Positions 63,406 to 64,000 of a stretch of 64,000 nt of DNA are shown one piece after another. Position numbers and translations under genes: made by a program. The notes under the pieces are model-generated. The model did no database searches and had not been told where the DNA came from. It was given only the letters and a program-made list of their open reading frames with translations. Position 1 is the stretch's first letter. Each line of letters starts with the position of its first letter. This DNA is from Microthyrium microscopicum (Eukaryota), in assembly GCA_010405405.1 (NCBI GenBank), contig MU004232.1, positions 887,481 to 951,480 of the forward strand, read 5' to 3'.

Positions 63406-64000
63406 TTACAAAACGCTGCTAAAGCGCTTCCGCATGTTCACAGGCCTTCTTCCGCCTCTACCTTGTCCTCTCATCCCTCCTCTTCCTCTCGGACTTCTCT
63501 CATATTCTATATTGCTTCTTTCATTGCGTGCTATCTCGCCCCACCTCCCCAGGTAAGCTAACCACTCATCCTCTTCTTCAAACTCAACATTCCGCTCAAA
63601 GTCGTAATGAAACTGGACTTGATGACTGATCTCCTTAACATCCTGACCTTGAGCATTGCGAGCTTTGATATCCGCTCCCGCAGCTACAAGAAGCTGGCAT
63701 ATCTTTGCACGTTCGTCGATACGGCGATATTCACGTGTCATTGAGAGAAATTGCATTATCGGTGTCTCATTGTTGCCGTTCCTTTGATTGACGTCGGCAC
63801 CGTGAGAGACAAGCCATTCGACCATTTTTACAGATCGATACAGGATAGCCCAGTTCAGAGGAGTGTAAGCTGCGGCGAACGCGGGGTTTTCGATATAGTT
63901 CTTGGAATGGGGTGGACACAGTTGGAGAAAGCCGATTGATCTTGTCCATCGTATGCACTTGGAATTGACGTTGATACCACGAGTGTAGAGTAGCTGGAGA
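63406..64000 (-). CDS. Ankyrin-repeat protein, 3' part; 5' end outside the window
   Basis: Frame open to the window edge: LYTRGINVN...YTPLNWAILYRSVKMVEWLVSHGADVNQRNGNNETPI...LVAAGADIKARN; RGG-rich tail. Confidence 0.85.
   Translation of the reverse strand, partial: LQLLYTRGINVNSKCIRWTRSIGFLQLCPPHSKNYIENPAFAAAYTPLNWAILYRSVKMVEWLVSHGADVNQRNGNNETPIMQFLSMTREYRRIDERAKICQLLVAAGADIKARNAQGQDVKEISHQVQFHYDFERNVEFEEEDEWLAYLGRWGEIARNERSNIEYERSPRGRGGMRGQGRGGRRPVNMRKRFSSVL

Overview
Eukaryotic, intron-rich DNA from a filamentous ascomycete (Pezizomycotina-type introns of ~45-60 nt with GT..CTRAC..YAG; the species cannot be determined from sequence alone). I reconstructed about 22 protein-coding genes by hand. 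Recognisable ones: a partial FAD-dependent dehydrogenase, NDUFS4 head-to-head with ATP17, a large PRRC2-like low-complexity protein, an APH-family kinase, an SDR, MSS1/MnmE, Rho4 head-to-head with LCB3, a C2H2 transcription factor, a 15-exon YVC1/TRP-like channel, a secreted carboxylesterase, a cytochrome b561-type protein, a DUF3112 membrane protein, a Git3/Gpr1 GPCR, YUH1/UCH, a GPI-type histidine acid phosphatase and a partial ankyrin protein. Most notable non-obvious items: (i) a 14-codon micropeptide ORF (MLAQSIVLGRGGYN) with a gene-like leader in an otherwise empty interval; (ii) two divergent ~110-aa secreted beta/gamma-crystallin (killer-toxin-like) genes, one invisible to the ORF track; (iii) an 822-bp AT-rich non-autonomous element with terminal inverted repeats, an 8-bp target-site duplication and internal hairpins; (iv) structured long introns in the channel gene; (v) a gene-poor 31-38 kb tract with pseudogene debris. 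Family assignments rest on motif recognition, not database searches.
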